The notes under the pieces were generated by a model. It had not been told where the DNA came from. It was given only the letters and a program-made list of their open reading frames with translations, and did not search any database. Shown here piece by piece: positions 1 through 12,600 of a stretch of DNA of 64,000 bases; within the stretch, counting starts at the first letter, position 1; each line of letters opens with the position of its first letter. Origin of the DNA: Setoptus koraiensis (taxonomy: Eukaryota > Animalia > Arthropoda); NCBI GenBank assembly GCA_048013815.1, contig CM106585.1, positions 3,968,001-4,032,000 on the forward strand. The letters run 5' to 3'. The position numbers were made by a program, and so were the translations under genes.

Positions 1-1719
1 ATTGTTGATGGTCACGACAAACGAGAGAATTACCTACGGAATGTGCAGCGGCCAATGGGCAATGTCAATGGCGCTGGCGATGGCTAATCAGCAGAAATGG
101 CCAAGAGACAAAAGAGGAATGAATGAGGACGACGGCAGTGCTGCTGATGGTGGTCGTGATTATGATGGTGGCGCTCGAGCGAACGCTTCTTCGGCCTCTC
201 TCTTTCTCTCTCACACACATTCGCGCACTGATATTTTGTTATGCTGCTAACAAAATATTCACAGTAGATTTGCTGTTGCCCGTAGCTTCGACGCGGCCAG
301 TGTTTTAGTTACACAACGCACAACTGGTATCGCTGGTTCTGGCTCACGTTGGTGCCCGTTCGCGGACGCCGAACAGCGAACACCGAACAAGATGGTGACG
401 GACAACGGAAGGCAAAGAGGGCACCAACAGAGAGCAACATTTGAGTAGCGGTTATATTAACTGCGTTCTTTCTATTTTCACTGCTTGCATGGCGCTGACA
501 CACACACACACTCATTGTGAATAGTAGCCGACGTAACGTGCTGTAACGTTGTGACCAACCATAACTGTTTATCAATGCCAGTTGAATGAATGAATGCGTG
601 TAGCACTGGTTGTAGTGTAGTATATAACAGTGGTGTGGGCCCTCGAACGCGAGCTGAGGGGCGACGAACATGAATGGACCAACGAAACGAACAATCATCG
701 CTGACGCTTCAGCGCATTTGAGCGCGCGTTACGTAAGTTCAAACGGACAGGCACAGCAATATGAGGGCTGCTGCTGCCGCCTCGATGGTACAGCTACAGC
801 ACCTAATGCTCACTAGTGGTGGCACCACCACTATGTACTACGTATGGCACCTCAAAGAATCATCACAATGGAGTAGTGGCGGCGTGCCACCGTTACGTAC
901 CACTACGCCAGCGATGATTATGACGGCCCATGTGATGGGACGGATGGGCACCGTCTAACAACGCGTCGGCCATCCAAATTTATTTTGTTTGCCAGTCGAC
1001 TCATATCAGCTATTCTCAGTGTCGCCAACTGATGAGCCAACAACAGTTTTAGCCAACCAACTATGTTCGCTCTGTCCTCTCTTAGTCGATGCAAGTCAAG
1101 CGACAATTGATACACTTAAACATTGAAACAATTATAACACAATTACGAAATTATGTCATCGATTGTTTTATCACTCAAACTAGCCAGTGGCCAGCAGCAC
1201 CACAACTCGACAACACTCAGAGACAACCAAACTAAACGATATTAACCACTAGTGATGACCATCCAAATAACCGAATCAATATGTGTTGTATTTTCTTTCT
1301 CTAGTCCGTCTTTTGATTGTTGCTCAATCGGTGTTCATCAATGATAATTGTTTCATCTTCAACAGTCACACTCACCGTTGAGTAGTAATCAAATGCTGAG
1401 ATATGAGAATTGTCGTCTTTTTTGTGCGTAACAAACGTAGTAATCAATAATAATAACCAACAATGATTGAATTTGTGGAAGTCATCGATCCTACTATTTA
1501 ACACAAACAAAATTACTTGAAATACACATAATGATGATATAAATATATTTATATTATGTAATAACATTCTATCATCATCACGCTCTATCATCAATTTTTC
1601 ATCTTGAATGTTCCATTTTTGTTAGTCTGTCAGTTTCATAGTCACTCTAGGTTTGTACATTATTTTCATAAGTATTGCAGTATAAGGCGCAACTTTAATC
1701 AATTATAAGTGTGTGTCAT

Positions 1720-4700
1720 TCACTTTGCTGTTGTTGCTGTATCGCATTTAGTATCCGAATTAATAATAGGCCTAAATAGGTAGTTATGCAAACCAGATTT
1801 GTCTTTTGTCACCTTGTAATTATTACTAATCTCTAGAATTTTGAGTCTTCTTTTAACGTGCGGCGGCTGGTAACTATCAGTGTCCAGTCTCCTTCTTCTG
1901 CAGCTATTCAAAACAGAACAACGGACCAAATCGGCAAGCATAGTGCGACTGACTGTCATGCCATCAATTAGTGGTAGAGCCAACCAATGCCTAAGAGGAT
2001 GATGAGACAATGAAACAATTTAAATATTCACGTTAGTTACTCAATTAATCAAGAACAATGGAAGAGAATCATAGTTATAGCACATTGGATGGACAGAGCC
2101 CATTACTTACTTTCCAAACGAAGTGTGGACGTTGATTTTGTATAAACCGTTCTTCATGGGGCAGATGAATAACTTAACAAAGTCACGAGCCTTCAATTTG
2201 GGTGGCTGAATATTAGTCTTGCCATCCGCCGACGCATTTGATTTGTCAACATAATATACGCCTGTTTCGGCAATCGAGAGTAGCCAATCGGTTGGAACTT
2301 TAACCAGATCTTCGTGACACTCTAGCCAACATATTATTATGGTCGTGTCGCATCCAATATTAGCGCACAAATTCGTCGACTTTTTCTTGGATCTAGATGA
2401 TGCCAAACTGTTACCATTCTGACCTTGACCTCTCTCAGATGTCGCATTGTGATGAGCCTGAGATTGCTGTTGTTGTCGATTACTCGAGGAAGACATCAAC
2501 ATGGAGTGGCTTGTTTGACTAGAGGCATCATCACTCGCCATACTAGATATAGATCTTCCGTCCAAATTATCAGCATTATAGGAATGATTTTCAGTGGAAC
2601 TCCTGGATCTGGATCGTAGTAATTGCTTGTCATTATCTGATCTACATTCACCGCAACTGGAATCATCGACGCCTGCCTGGTTTGTTTCAGTGGCTGGATT
2701 ATTTTCATTACTATCCTCCAATTCGATGACTTTGTGAGGTAAAATAAAGGCCAATTCTTGTGCCATATCGGTCCAATATAATGTCATGCACTCACCGTCG
2801 AAGACAGAACCACCGGTGTCTCCATTCAAATATTCACTTTTCGTGATGTGATTATCAGCTGGTGAATTATTCTCCTTGCTGTGGCAATCGTAATATTTAT
2901 TCCAGGATGTTGAAGCTTTACCAGTCCATCTACAATGACCATTGACCATGGTAGCTTGACCAAGTTGTAGAAGAAATTCAAAGAAACTTCTACTGACAAA
3001 TCGACGCCTGGTAGAGCTCTCTAGTATCTCTGCAGGGCTCACCTTATTCTTACGTATGTAGTAAACATAAGAAGTATCACAAGTTTGAACTGAAATTTTG
3101 TCTAAAGCCCTCAAATCTGATCCCAACTTGTGACGATCTTTCATATTCATGGTGACTAGAGACGTAGCATAGCCTAGTTGAGATATAATCAATCTTGCCG
3201 CCTCTAGATCGCTGGTAGGCTGAGGCTCTTCGCACTCCACCCGTTTTGTGCGAATAGACGATTCACGTTGAACTTTTTGTTCTGCCATCATTTGATGATT
3301 GTATATTTTGACCATCTTTTCACTATCAGAACGAATTTGATTTTGCATTTGTTCCAAAAGTTGAATCTGTGAAGCATCTATTACTTGGTCATTGATACAG
3401 GCAATGTCGAGCGATTTGGCTCTAGAAAGATAGGTTTCAAGCGATGGTACAAACGAGTCCAGTTCTATCCTAGGCAGCTTATCTAAAGAATCCGGGAAGA
3501 ACTTTGCCACATGATGATGATGATGGTGACTATTGCTCAAAAGGTGAGGCGAATATTGTTGGTGATGAGGTTGTGGCCTTTTGACCAGACCAGGTATTCT
3601 GTTTGCTAAAACTTTATCTTTCGACTTGGTCGAGTAGCGCTTGAATTTAAATTGCCAACAATGTTTTCCGAAAGGAGATCTTATAAGGCATATAACTGAG
3701 TCCTTGAAACTGGGTCCTTCGAAACAATCCATAAAAGCGAAAATGGTCAAGTTGTCATCGCAAAAATACTTGAAACAATCAAATGGGTCCTTCGAATCCG
3801 TAAGGTCATGACATTTCGTTTTGTCACAGTTACGTGTCGCTTTGAGAATTTCAAATAGAGATCTTTCATCCATGTCACTATCTATTGTCTTAAAGATATT
3901 CTTTCCCGATATGTTGGTTTCAGAAAAATCTATCCTCGAGCGAACCATACAAGAGTTGAGAAGAGATTCAGCAGCTTCCCTGACACGCATGGAAGACGGT
4001 TTCATACTCTTCTCTTCTCTACTTATCACCGAAGTGATTACTCCCTTCGCGCCTGGTACAGTTATTTTTGACTTTTGACCAGATACGCCAAGTTCAATTG
4101 TCTCCATGACGGTATTGACACAGATCTGATCTTGAAGTAAATAAGGATGATTGTAGAACCATACGGATAGACAATGATAGGCTGCTACAATAGTCGAATG
4201 CATATCTTTGGAATGGGCCGGCGGTGGACGAGAACATTGGTTGCTTATGTAATCGCAGATCCATTTCGTAGCCTGTTTATATTCCTGCTTCATATTGATG
4301 GTCATCTGACTGCCAGTGCTAGAAATATCATTATAGGTACTGTTCATGACGATTTTATTGAGATTGGTAAGCCTTGCGATGCTGGTCAGTAGTTCCAATG
4401 CCGATAAACTAACTTGAGTGTCGTGTTTCCAGACATTTATTAGTAAATGGCAAACTACATGAAGCGATTTTATGATAAACCCTTCAGTGGACCCATATAT
4501 GAAGCTCTGGCTAGTGTTTGTATCATTCATATTGTTCCTTTGATCTGTTGAATTAGAATATGTTGAACTAGCAACAGAAATACTATCTGAAACTTTGCTT
4601 TCAATACTTTTCTGATTTCTATTGGTTTTTGTCGTATTTGTTGTGTGCGACACGGTCGATGATTGACTAACAGTGGAGCATGACCGTGTTCTGGAATCTA

Positions 4701-7700
4701 TCTTGGTCACATTGCACTTTAAAAACTTAGGTTCTGTAGCTTGACTATCTTGAACTTGTTGTTCGTTGGAATATGATGAATATAGAGTTGTTGATGATGT
4801 TGTCGACGACAGAAGATTATCGTGTATTGATAAGGATAGGCCTCCAAATAGCATTTGCATATTCAATGGATCGGTTTCAGTTTGTAAGGCTATCATCAGA
4901 AGTCTGACTAAACGAGGTCGCAACGACGCAAAGGTTGTTGTTGGCGACGTTTCGTTAAGGCAATTTCTAATTGGTAATGTTCGGAAATGTAATGGATAAG
5001 CCAATAATGTCAACAACATGGAAATACAGGCCCGGCGTAATTCACTATTACGTGGTACAACAATTGGTTTCGTTTGTTGTTTAGATTGTTGACGAGGCTG
5101 TTGCGGGTTTGATATATCACGCTCGTAACATTCGAAAACTATCTCCATGGCTTTGATAAATAGAGGTATTAAAATATTTATACCATCTAGGTCATGTTGT
5201 AACAGATTGGTTGAATTCACTAAGACACTAGTCAATATCTGAGTCTTCATGACACCTGTATCCTCGCCAAAGCCATAAGTTAGACAATGCTGCAGGCATA
5301 AGTAGAAACGTGACAGATACACCGGGGATATATCCTCATCAGATAATTTGGAAGAGAACAGTTTACAGAGGATTCCGATAGCCTCAGATTGACCTGCCTC
5401 AAACGAGTCTGGAGTCAATTGTTGCTCCAAAAGAACTCGCTCTGGGTATTGCTGATTTCCGGATTGCTGTAAATGAGAATTTTTGACTGTGGAGAGCGAT
5501 GAAGGCGACTGACCAGTGCGTAACATCCGGGCACTGCCAGACGCGATCGATTGACCACTCGTCGTCGGTGATGGTGGTTGCCGATTTGAACCAGATCCTG
5601 CTAAAGAAGAGTTGGGTGTAGTAATGATAAGATCTGTTGGGTCATCACTCATAGTTATCTCTGAGTCTAAATCGGAACCGATTAGAGCGACACTAAACAA
5701 CCAGTCACCGAATATATGTAAGATAGTATTGCACTTTGGTCTATTGCGAGATAATCGCAATTCATTGTGATGAAAATTAGCAGAAACTAAAGTTCGAGAT
5801 CTATCGTATTGTTGTTGCATTGAGCGCTGACTTGAACCAGATACCGCGGACAATGGATACTGGAACTCATTGTTAGCTGTGCCTGTAAGAGATGAGTTGG
5901 TTATCTGGGTGTGCTGCTGACCAGATACGCTTGATTGCTTTAAGATTTGGTTGTTGTTGTTTGTTGCAGATAACGATCCCGTTTGTTGGCTAGAATATGG
6001 CACTGCTTTATGACTACCCTTCATGGAGGTTATAGATTTGATGCTATTTACAACTTTTCTGGAGTTTGTTGGAGTTTGGGCAATGTTAGTTGTGTTAGTA
6101 GCCGATTGCACTGTAGAACTATTTGGATTTGCATTATTCAATAAAGTATTGGCATCGTTATTTATACTTTGGCCTTGTGACTGAGCTGGATACATAGAAT
6201 TGCTAACATTGGATGCTAGAGACATGATAGATCCTCTGGGTTGTTGGTGGGCTTGCTTGTTGATGAATACTTCTGGGTCATCTTCAGCAGTGGAATACTG
6301 ATCTGTTTTTAGAAAAGTCTCTATGAAATCTGTTATGCCTTTCAATGACTTATGAAACACGGCAGGTAATATATTTAAACATGGATGCTGTCTAGGATCA
6401 ACAACGTTGTCTGAGGCACAAGCGTAGTGATAAAATTCGTCAGTTTTACTAATTATGTCTGGATTGGAAAGTTCCACAGGATTACCAATCAAATTTAGAA
6501 ACCTGTACCAAGCTTGCACAACTAGATCATAGCTCATTTCATCTATAACTGACTCTATTGATGGTGTCACGTTTGCCTGCTGTTGGTTGTTGGACATTAT
6601 ATTAGATTGCATAACATTTAGTGAAATTTTCTGTCCGGCTTCGGAATTCTTTTTAGACTTGTCCAAATTATAGCCATTTGAATATTCAGGCATCTGGGAC
6701 AATCTTTTTGTTAACATCAAAGTTATGCGACGCCAATGATCTATAAGGGCTGGACGGTGTCTCCAATTTAAACTGAGTTGATGGAATGTTTTCCAAAGGC
6801 TAGGAGTCGGTAAAGATCTACTACAAGCTAAAAGCATTAGCTCAAATAGAACTCCCAGTATTCGATCGCATAACTGAGTGCCAATATCATCTGGCTCAGT
6901 AGGTGATGATAATAGCTTGTCATTAATAGTTAAGAGAAAAGCCAATAAGTGGTCCCAAGTCTTATTTTCCATCAGATTGGCTGGATTGTGTGCAATTGTC
7001 TCAATCGTCCTCAATACTCTGTGGCATAACACGGCTTGTCTTGAGACGGAGGTAAGTAAAGCTTGCTGTTGCTCTTGGAGAGAAAGGCCAAAGAGGTTGA
7101 TCTGCCTGGGTAAAAAGATATTGTAAAGGTGACTTAACATCTTTCTAGCGTATCTATTGGGATCATCACGTATTGGAATAGGTAGCAGTTTAGACAATTG
7201 CTTATATCTGCTATCTTCATTATCGTCTTGATAAGGTATAAGTGCTGAGGTTAACCATTCACAATAGATGGTGCAGCAATCTTTGACCGAGTCCTGTTCA
7301 CCAGTTAACGAAAAAGGCATTGATAAACCGTAACCGATAATTTCCATGAGCCAATTGACATCTCTGTCGGTATCTAGGCGCGCGATCAAAGCTTGGACAG
7401 TATCTGGACTCATCATATAAGTACTTGTTGATGATAGGGCTGAGTTAGCATTAGAATTTTTGTTTATATTTTGACTTTGAGCTGATGAATTGGAATTATT
7501 GTTGTTGGACAAGGAATGGGAAGAGACTAAATTGGCTAAATTAGTCGGGTTAAACAGCTTTGCCAGAGGCTGGACAACGACTTGCACTAATTGTAAACCA
7601 TTGACTTGATCATGTAGCTTATGTAAGACACTAAGGCAATCACGTTCGATGGCTTCAGCTACATTTAGTGTGCTGCAATCTTGATATCCCGTATAAGATG

Positions 7701-7872
7701 ATATGCTATTAAATAATTGGGATTTACACGACACACTATGGGCGTGTGACGATACAGAGCCCATGGAAGGCGTGGGTGACACATTTGGCCTAATCATTTG
7801 ATTGTTGGCTGTTGCTTGGACAGTCATAATTGTAGGATTAGCGGCTTTTGACAAACTGTTAATTGCTAGCAT
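1720..7872 (-). CDS. RALGAPB: Ral GTPase-activating protein subunit beta; exons 7872-2111 and 1990-1720 (stop), 120-bp intron 2110-1991
   Basis: The 1921-aa ORF has RALGAPB-like segments: LSVLHKL..VVVQPL, WLMEIIGYGLSMP..CCTIYCEWL, FEAGQSEAIGILCKLFSSK, RPPPAHSKDMHSTIVAAYHCLSVW, and a Rap-GAP-like C-terminal part (FFEFLLQLG, LYWTDMAQELAFILP). The GTAAGT donor at 2110 and TTAG acceptor at 1991 join in frame (SFGK-HWLALPLIDG). The last exon gives the RALGAPB C-terminus PLIDGMTVSR..LVR..CRRRRLDTDSYQPPHVKRR. Confidence 0.93.
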
Positions 7873-9666
7873 TTGATATTAAGTTGTCAACATTGTCCGG
7901 GGAATAATGTAATTAAGTAAGTAGCTGACCGGGGGGCAATCTTCTTAGTGCGTCCTCTTATCTGTGTGTGTTTGGCAGTCTCATTATATTGTTGTTATTA
8001 TTGTTATATCAAAAAATGATATTCCAAATGTGTGTTCCAAAATGGTCGTTTTGTCTAGTTTGAGTGGGCTCCGTAATGAAGCTCGCCATTTGTTGTTATG
8101 GTGAGAAAATTATTCGCTTGTGTTGATGATAATGTATGTGTAGTGTTGTGATATTTTTAGGTTGCTGTTGTTATACGAAGATCCAATGCAGATTGGGCGA
8201 ATCATATAACAAGTGCTAGCGATTGGTAATAGTGCCAGTGGTGCTGTTGTGGCTTCTGATAATAATAATACTGGATAACGCACACAACAATAATACAGAT
8301 AATAATGGATATAGTAATAATAACTATAGTTATAATAAATAATAATGATGTTAAGGGTTTGTATGGCTTCCACTGTTGTTGGTACCATACATTGTTGTGA
8401 ATTTAAGTACTGACATAGGTATACATAATAATAATAATAATAATAATAATTTCATTAGTCAGGTGTGTTGCAGAAGCTAGCTGGCTATTGTTTCAATATT
8501 GGCAAAAGAATTTCTCTCGTTTCATTCATTTATTCCACTTCTTGCTCGCTACCGTCTGCGCAGTGTGCACCATCACACACAATGTTTTAGTTACGGCTGA
8601 TCTTGTGAATACATTGTGTACCACAAAAGAGAGCATTGAACTCTCATGCCAGACGCCGGACTAGAGCATCCAATCGAATTGTATCACGCAAACACATGTT
8701 TTGGCACATCGATTCTATGCTGCAATTCTGCACTGGACACTTCTGTGCTCGCATCGCACAGATTGTCCGCTTTGCGCACAATATCTTGATCGATTCCAAC
8801 AAAATGAGTTACAAGGCACACACGAACACACACTCACACAACTACTTGTTGTTGTTGTTACATATATTTTATTATATAATAGTTGCAATGAATTGTCGTT
8901 ATGTAACGTAGATATACGAACACACACACACACACACACACAACTAAACAAACACCTACCTGACGCTGACGCAATGCATTTATGCAATTGAACATTGTTT
9001 TTTGTATCTCCCCTACTCAATATGTATTTATGTGTGTAGCAAGGCTAAACTAGAAGGTCTTGAATTATCTGTCTCGAGTTATTGAATGAAAAATTCACTT
9101 CTATTTGTATCGTCCATTTCTGCCGCAAGTCCGAAAATTATGACCGTTCGCCGGCGTCCACAGTCGTTCTGTGCCGAGACAATCTTGAACCCTAATCGGT
9201 CGAGGTCAGGGAGTCTCGTAATCGTTGTTGGTGTCGTTCCCCACAACAACTCGCAAGACCATCGAGGATGCGATGGCCAGTAGCATTAAGTGTCACTATG
9301 TTTGCAAGAAACAAACGACAAAAAAGAAAAAGAATGGAACTCTCACACGCAATTCCATTTGATATGTAGACGAATTGATGTGAGACGATAGGTGTGTGAA
9401 GTCATTTAAATGTTTATGCATGTGTAACTGACAGGTATTATGATAAGCGCTTGGCAACAATTGAACATCGACAAAAAACAAAGTTATCGTCTTTGATAGT
9501 AACAAAATTTAAACTCTTCTCTATATCACATTTAATGATATCACAATTACATGGTAATCACACAGTGTTGTTGCTATCTTCAGATGCAGATAAGCGCAAT
9601 GCTGCAAAAAACAACCATCGACGTAATACACGTCGGACGTATAACAATTATGTCATCTATTGTTGT

Positions 9667-12600
9667 TCAGCCATTGATGTTGTTGTTGCTGTTGTTCAAA
9701 TAGCAAACGCTATTCCCATCAAATGTGAGTGTCTCATTTTTCATTGCGTCCAAAACGTTGATAGTGTTAGCACGGTTGAAATCCGGCGTTTCACAACTTG
9801 TTGTCATTGGGGTGATGCTACTATCATGAGAGTTTTGATCAAATGACGATGAATACATATGATGGTGGCCATTGCATATTCGCATCATGGCACTTTTTCT
9901 ATTTGTTGTATTAGTTGCTGTTGATCCCAACACAGTGACATCATCGATCATGTTATTAATCATGGAAACAGTGGATGTTGTACAATTTGATGAAGGCGAC
10001 ACCTGAGCAATTTGGTGCAAGGGCAAATTATTGTTATTAATATTCGAAACTAAACTATCGATAAGGCAAGTTTCGTTTTGATTATATCCTGTCGAAACTT
10101 GGTGGTGATTACAATTTTGTGGCTCAAGCAGCTCGGTTCGTTCAGTGGGCAAAGCTATGTCATCAAATATGACGTGCTTCTTATTATTCTGGTCCTTGTG
10201 ACATCTATGGATGCTGGTATGGTTTTTATCATCGTTGAATTCGATAAAACTGTTACTGTTTGCTCGTTGGCAATCGCAATTGATGCCGTCTTTGTTGTCG
10301 TTCCATGGCTTGATACTTGCACTTAAATCATGGTTTGTTTGGATAAACAAATCGAGAGGATGAATGTGATGGTCCATCAGAGCGATATGATTGTCTTTGC
10401 CTTGTCGATTTGATCGCTTTTCCATTGAAATCGCATGGTGACCAATAGTGTGGAAAGCGGCAGCGTATGGAGTGTGGCTGTTTGGAGCAAATAACTGGCC
10501 ATCGTTTGCATGATAAAATGATTGAGTACTGTTCATAGGCTTCTTCCTTTTTATAGTAGCATCAATGTCAGTTTGATCAAACAGTTTTGTCTGTTCACTG
10601 GGACATTCAAGACAATCATTGTAATTTTGATTATGCTGATCATTGGTGAGCAGGTGATGATGCATCAACGATGAAGTATCGCTAGTGCTTTGGTAAGCGA
10701 TCAATTTTGCGCCGACATTTATGCGATTCGCTTCATCCTCTAATATGTGATTAAATTTCCTCACATGGCCAACATGCATCTCCAATTGATTTTGGCTGTC
10801 ATTATCCAGTTGACTGGCTTCTTGAGTTGAGCTTGAATTATTACTACTACTCTGGTTGCTATTTGTAGTTACGGTGCTGGAGATGATTGATGATTGACTT
10901 TTTTGTGTCTTGGAGCGCTTCACGTAGGCTATTATGATGAACACAATCAAGAAACTCGATGAGCTCATAATTACATACATCATGTTTCGTGCTTGTACCT
11001 CGTCTTTGAACAAATGACCTGCAATTATAAGCATACATATGGGCAATAGAAGCAAGAGTTTGCTATTAGTCCCGACAGCAAAGTGTGCAAAAGTTGATTT
11101 CGAAAAGAAAATATTCAAAATATCAGATTTGTTTATGCTACCTTGATCGCCTGTGCGAAGAGGCACAGGTACAATTTTCGAGCTATCAATCATGACCGCT
11201 CTACTGTTGCCGTTCTTGTTCGAGGCATACACAATTAGCGAATATTGATTCTTAGTGAAATAGATTGATTCCAATGCAAAATGGGGCCTACTAGAACTGA
11301 GCAAATTCTTCACAACGCTCCTCGTCTTTGTGTCATATATGGCCCCGTGGAAGCTCTGATTGGAGCCCCCGTTGACGCCCGGCTGGCACTCAACCATCAA
11401 AATGGCACCATCGGTTAGAGTGTTCCAGGAATCGTTTCCTTCCGGGCCCCCGGGCGCTCTGCGACAATCGATTGGTGGATCCGGCATGCCTATGTAGAGC
11501 AGATGTGGTGGTAGCATTGCGATGTTAGTAATATATAGCCGTGTGTTGGTTGGCTAGTTCATCGATGCCAGTCAGTACTTACCTGGTGGTTGTAGGGTTA
11601 TTTCGCACGGCTCGGATTGTTTGTGGATCGAGTTGGAGGCGAAACACTTTATAGTGCCGTACATGGAATCGGATGTTATGGTCAAGTTGAGCGAGTTGTC
11701 TTTTGTGGCGCCCAATTCTCGCGTTCCGTTAGACGAGGTTTCATTTTGCCCACTCTCCATATACCAATGGAAATCGTGTGCAGGTGGATCGCTAATAATT
11801 GGGCAGATAATCTCAGTCGCCTCGCCTAGTGCCCCAATAAAGGTGGTGCGATTGTTTGCGTCCAATATTTCATCGGTGAACGCCGACAAGCACATAGGTG
11901 GAACTGCCACAATATACAATAACACACAACAATATATATATATGTTTATAATTGATTATTATTGAGACATAAAATGAGGAGTGATGAAAAGTGACTTCGC
12001 TCCACTCGCTGCCCATCGTTCTGACGCAACAAAACCATGGGCAATATAGAGCAGGCGCGAAGTAATTGGGTTAGCAAGTAAAGTGGCAGCAATAGTTACA
12101 TTTTATGTCTAGCTTGATGGTTTTGCTCTGTCCGAGGCCGATGCTATTTTTTGCCTCGCAACGGTAATCCACTTCATCCATCAATGAGACATTCTTAATT
12201 ATCAATGAGCTGCCTGTTTGCTCGTAAATTGTAGCGGCCGATTGCTCATATAGACTACCATTTATCGACCATCTAACGTTGTTTGCTTCAATGGGCGGGT
12301 TTGCCTGAGGCGGATAATTTTTGGCCGGCGAATGCAGATGGAACAACGAAACAACAATGACAAGATGATTGATTTGTTGGCCAAATTTCAAAGATGCAGA
12401 CTGTATCGTAGTCATACTCACCGATATTTCGCAATCCAGCGCCACATTTTCCTTCATTAGGATGGCGGTTGGCTTGTGCTCTGAGCTGTGTCTTATGCTC
12501 AACGAAGCAATTGGCGCATCTACATGACATAATGATATAATTGTCCATGACATAATAATAGTTAGCGATCGGTTAAACATTTCAGCGGGCTATATCTGCT

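Noticed and set aside
1311-1372. A miR-315 gene (precursor hairpin) on the + strand
   Set aside because: Only positions 1-16 match, and the best downstream arm pairs over only about 9 bp, too weak for a pre-miRNA. Kept only as a possible target site on the opposite strand.
918-1594. Minus-strand ORFs 1301-1594 and 918-1115 as extra RALGAPB exons or a separate gene
   Set aside because: RALGAPB already ends with its conserved C-terminus at 1720, and these frames show no recognisable homology. They are probably 3' UTR or intergenic, although a GTGAGT donor-like site near 1375 leaves a non-coding exon possible.
11576-11586. TACTTACCTGG, identical to the 5' end of U1 snRNA
   Set aside because: It is the reverse complement of a consensus splice donor (CCAG|GTAAGTA) of the Ig gene, and no U1 body follows.
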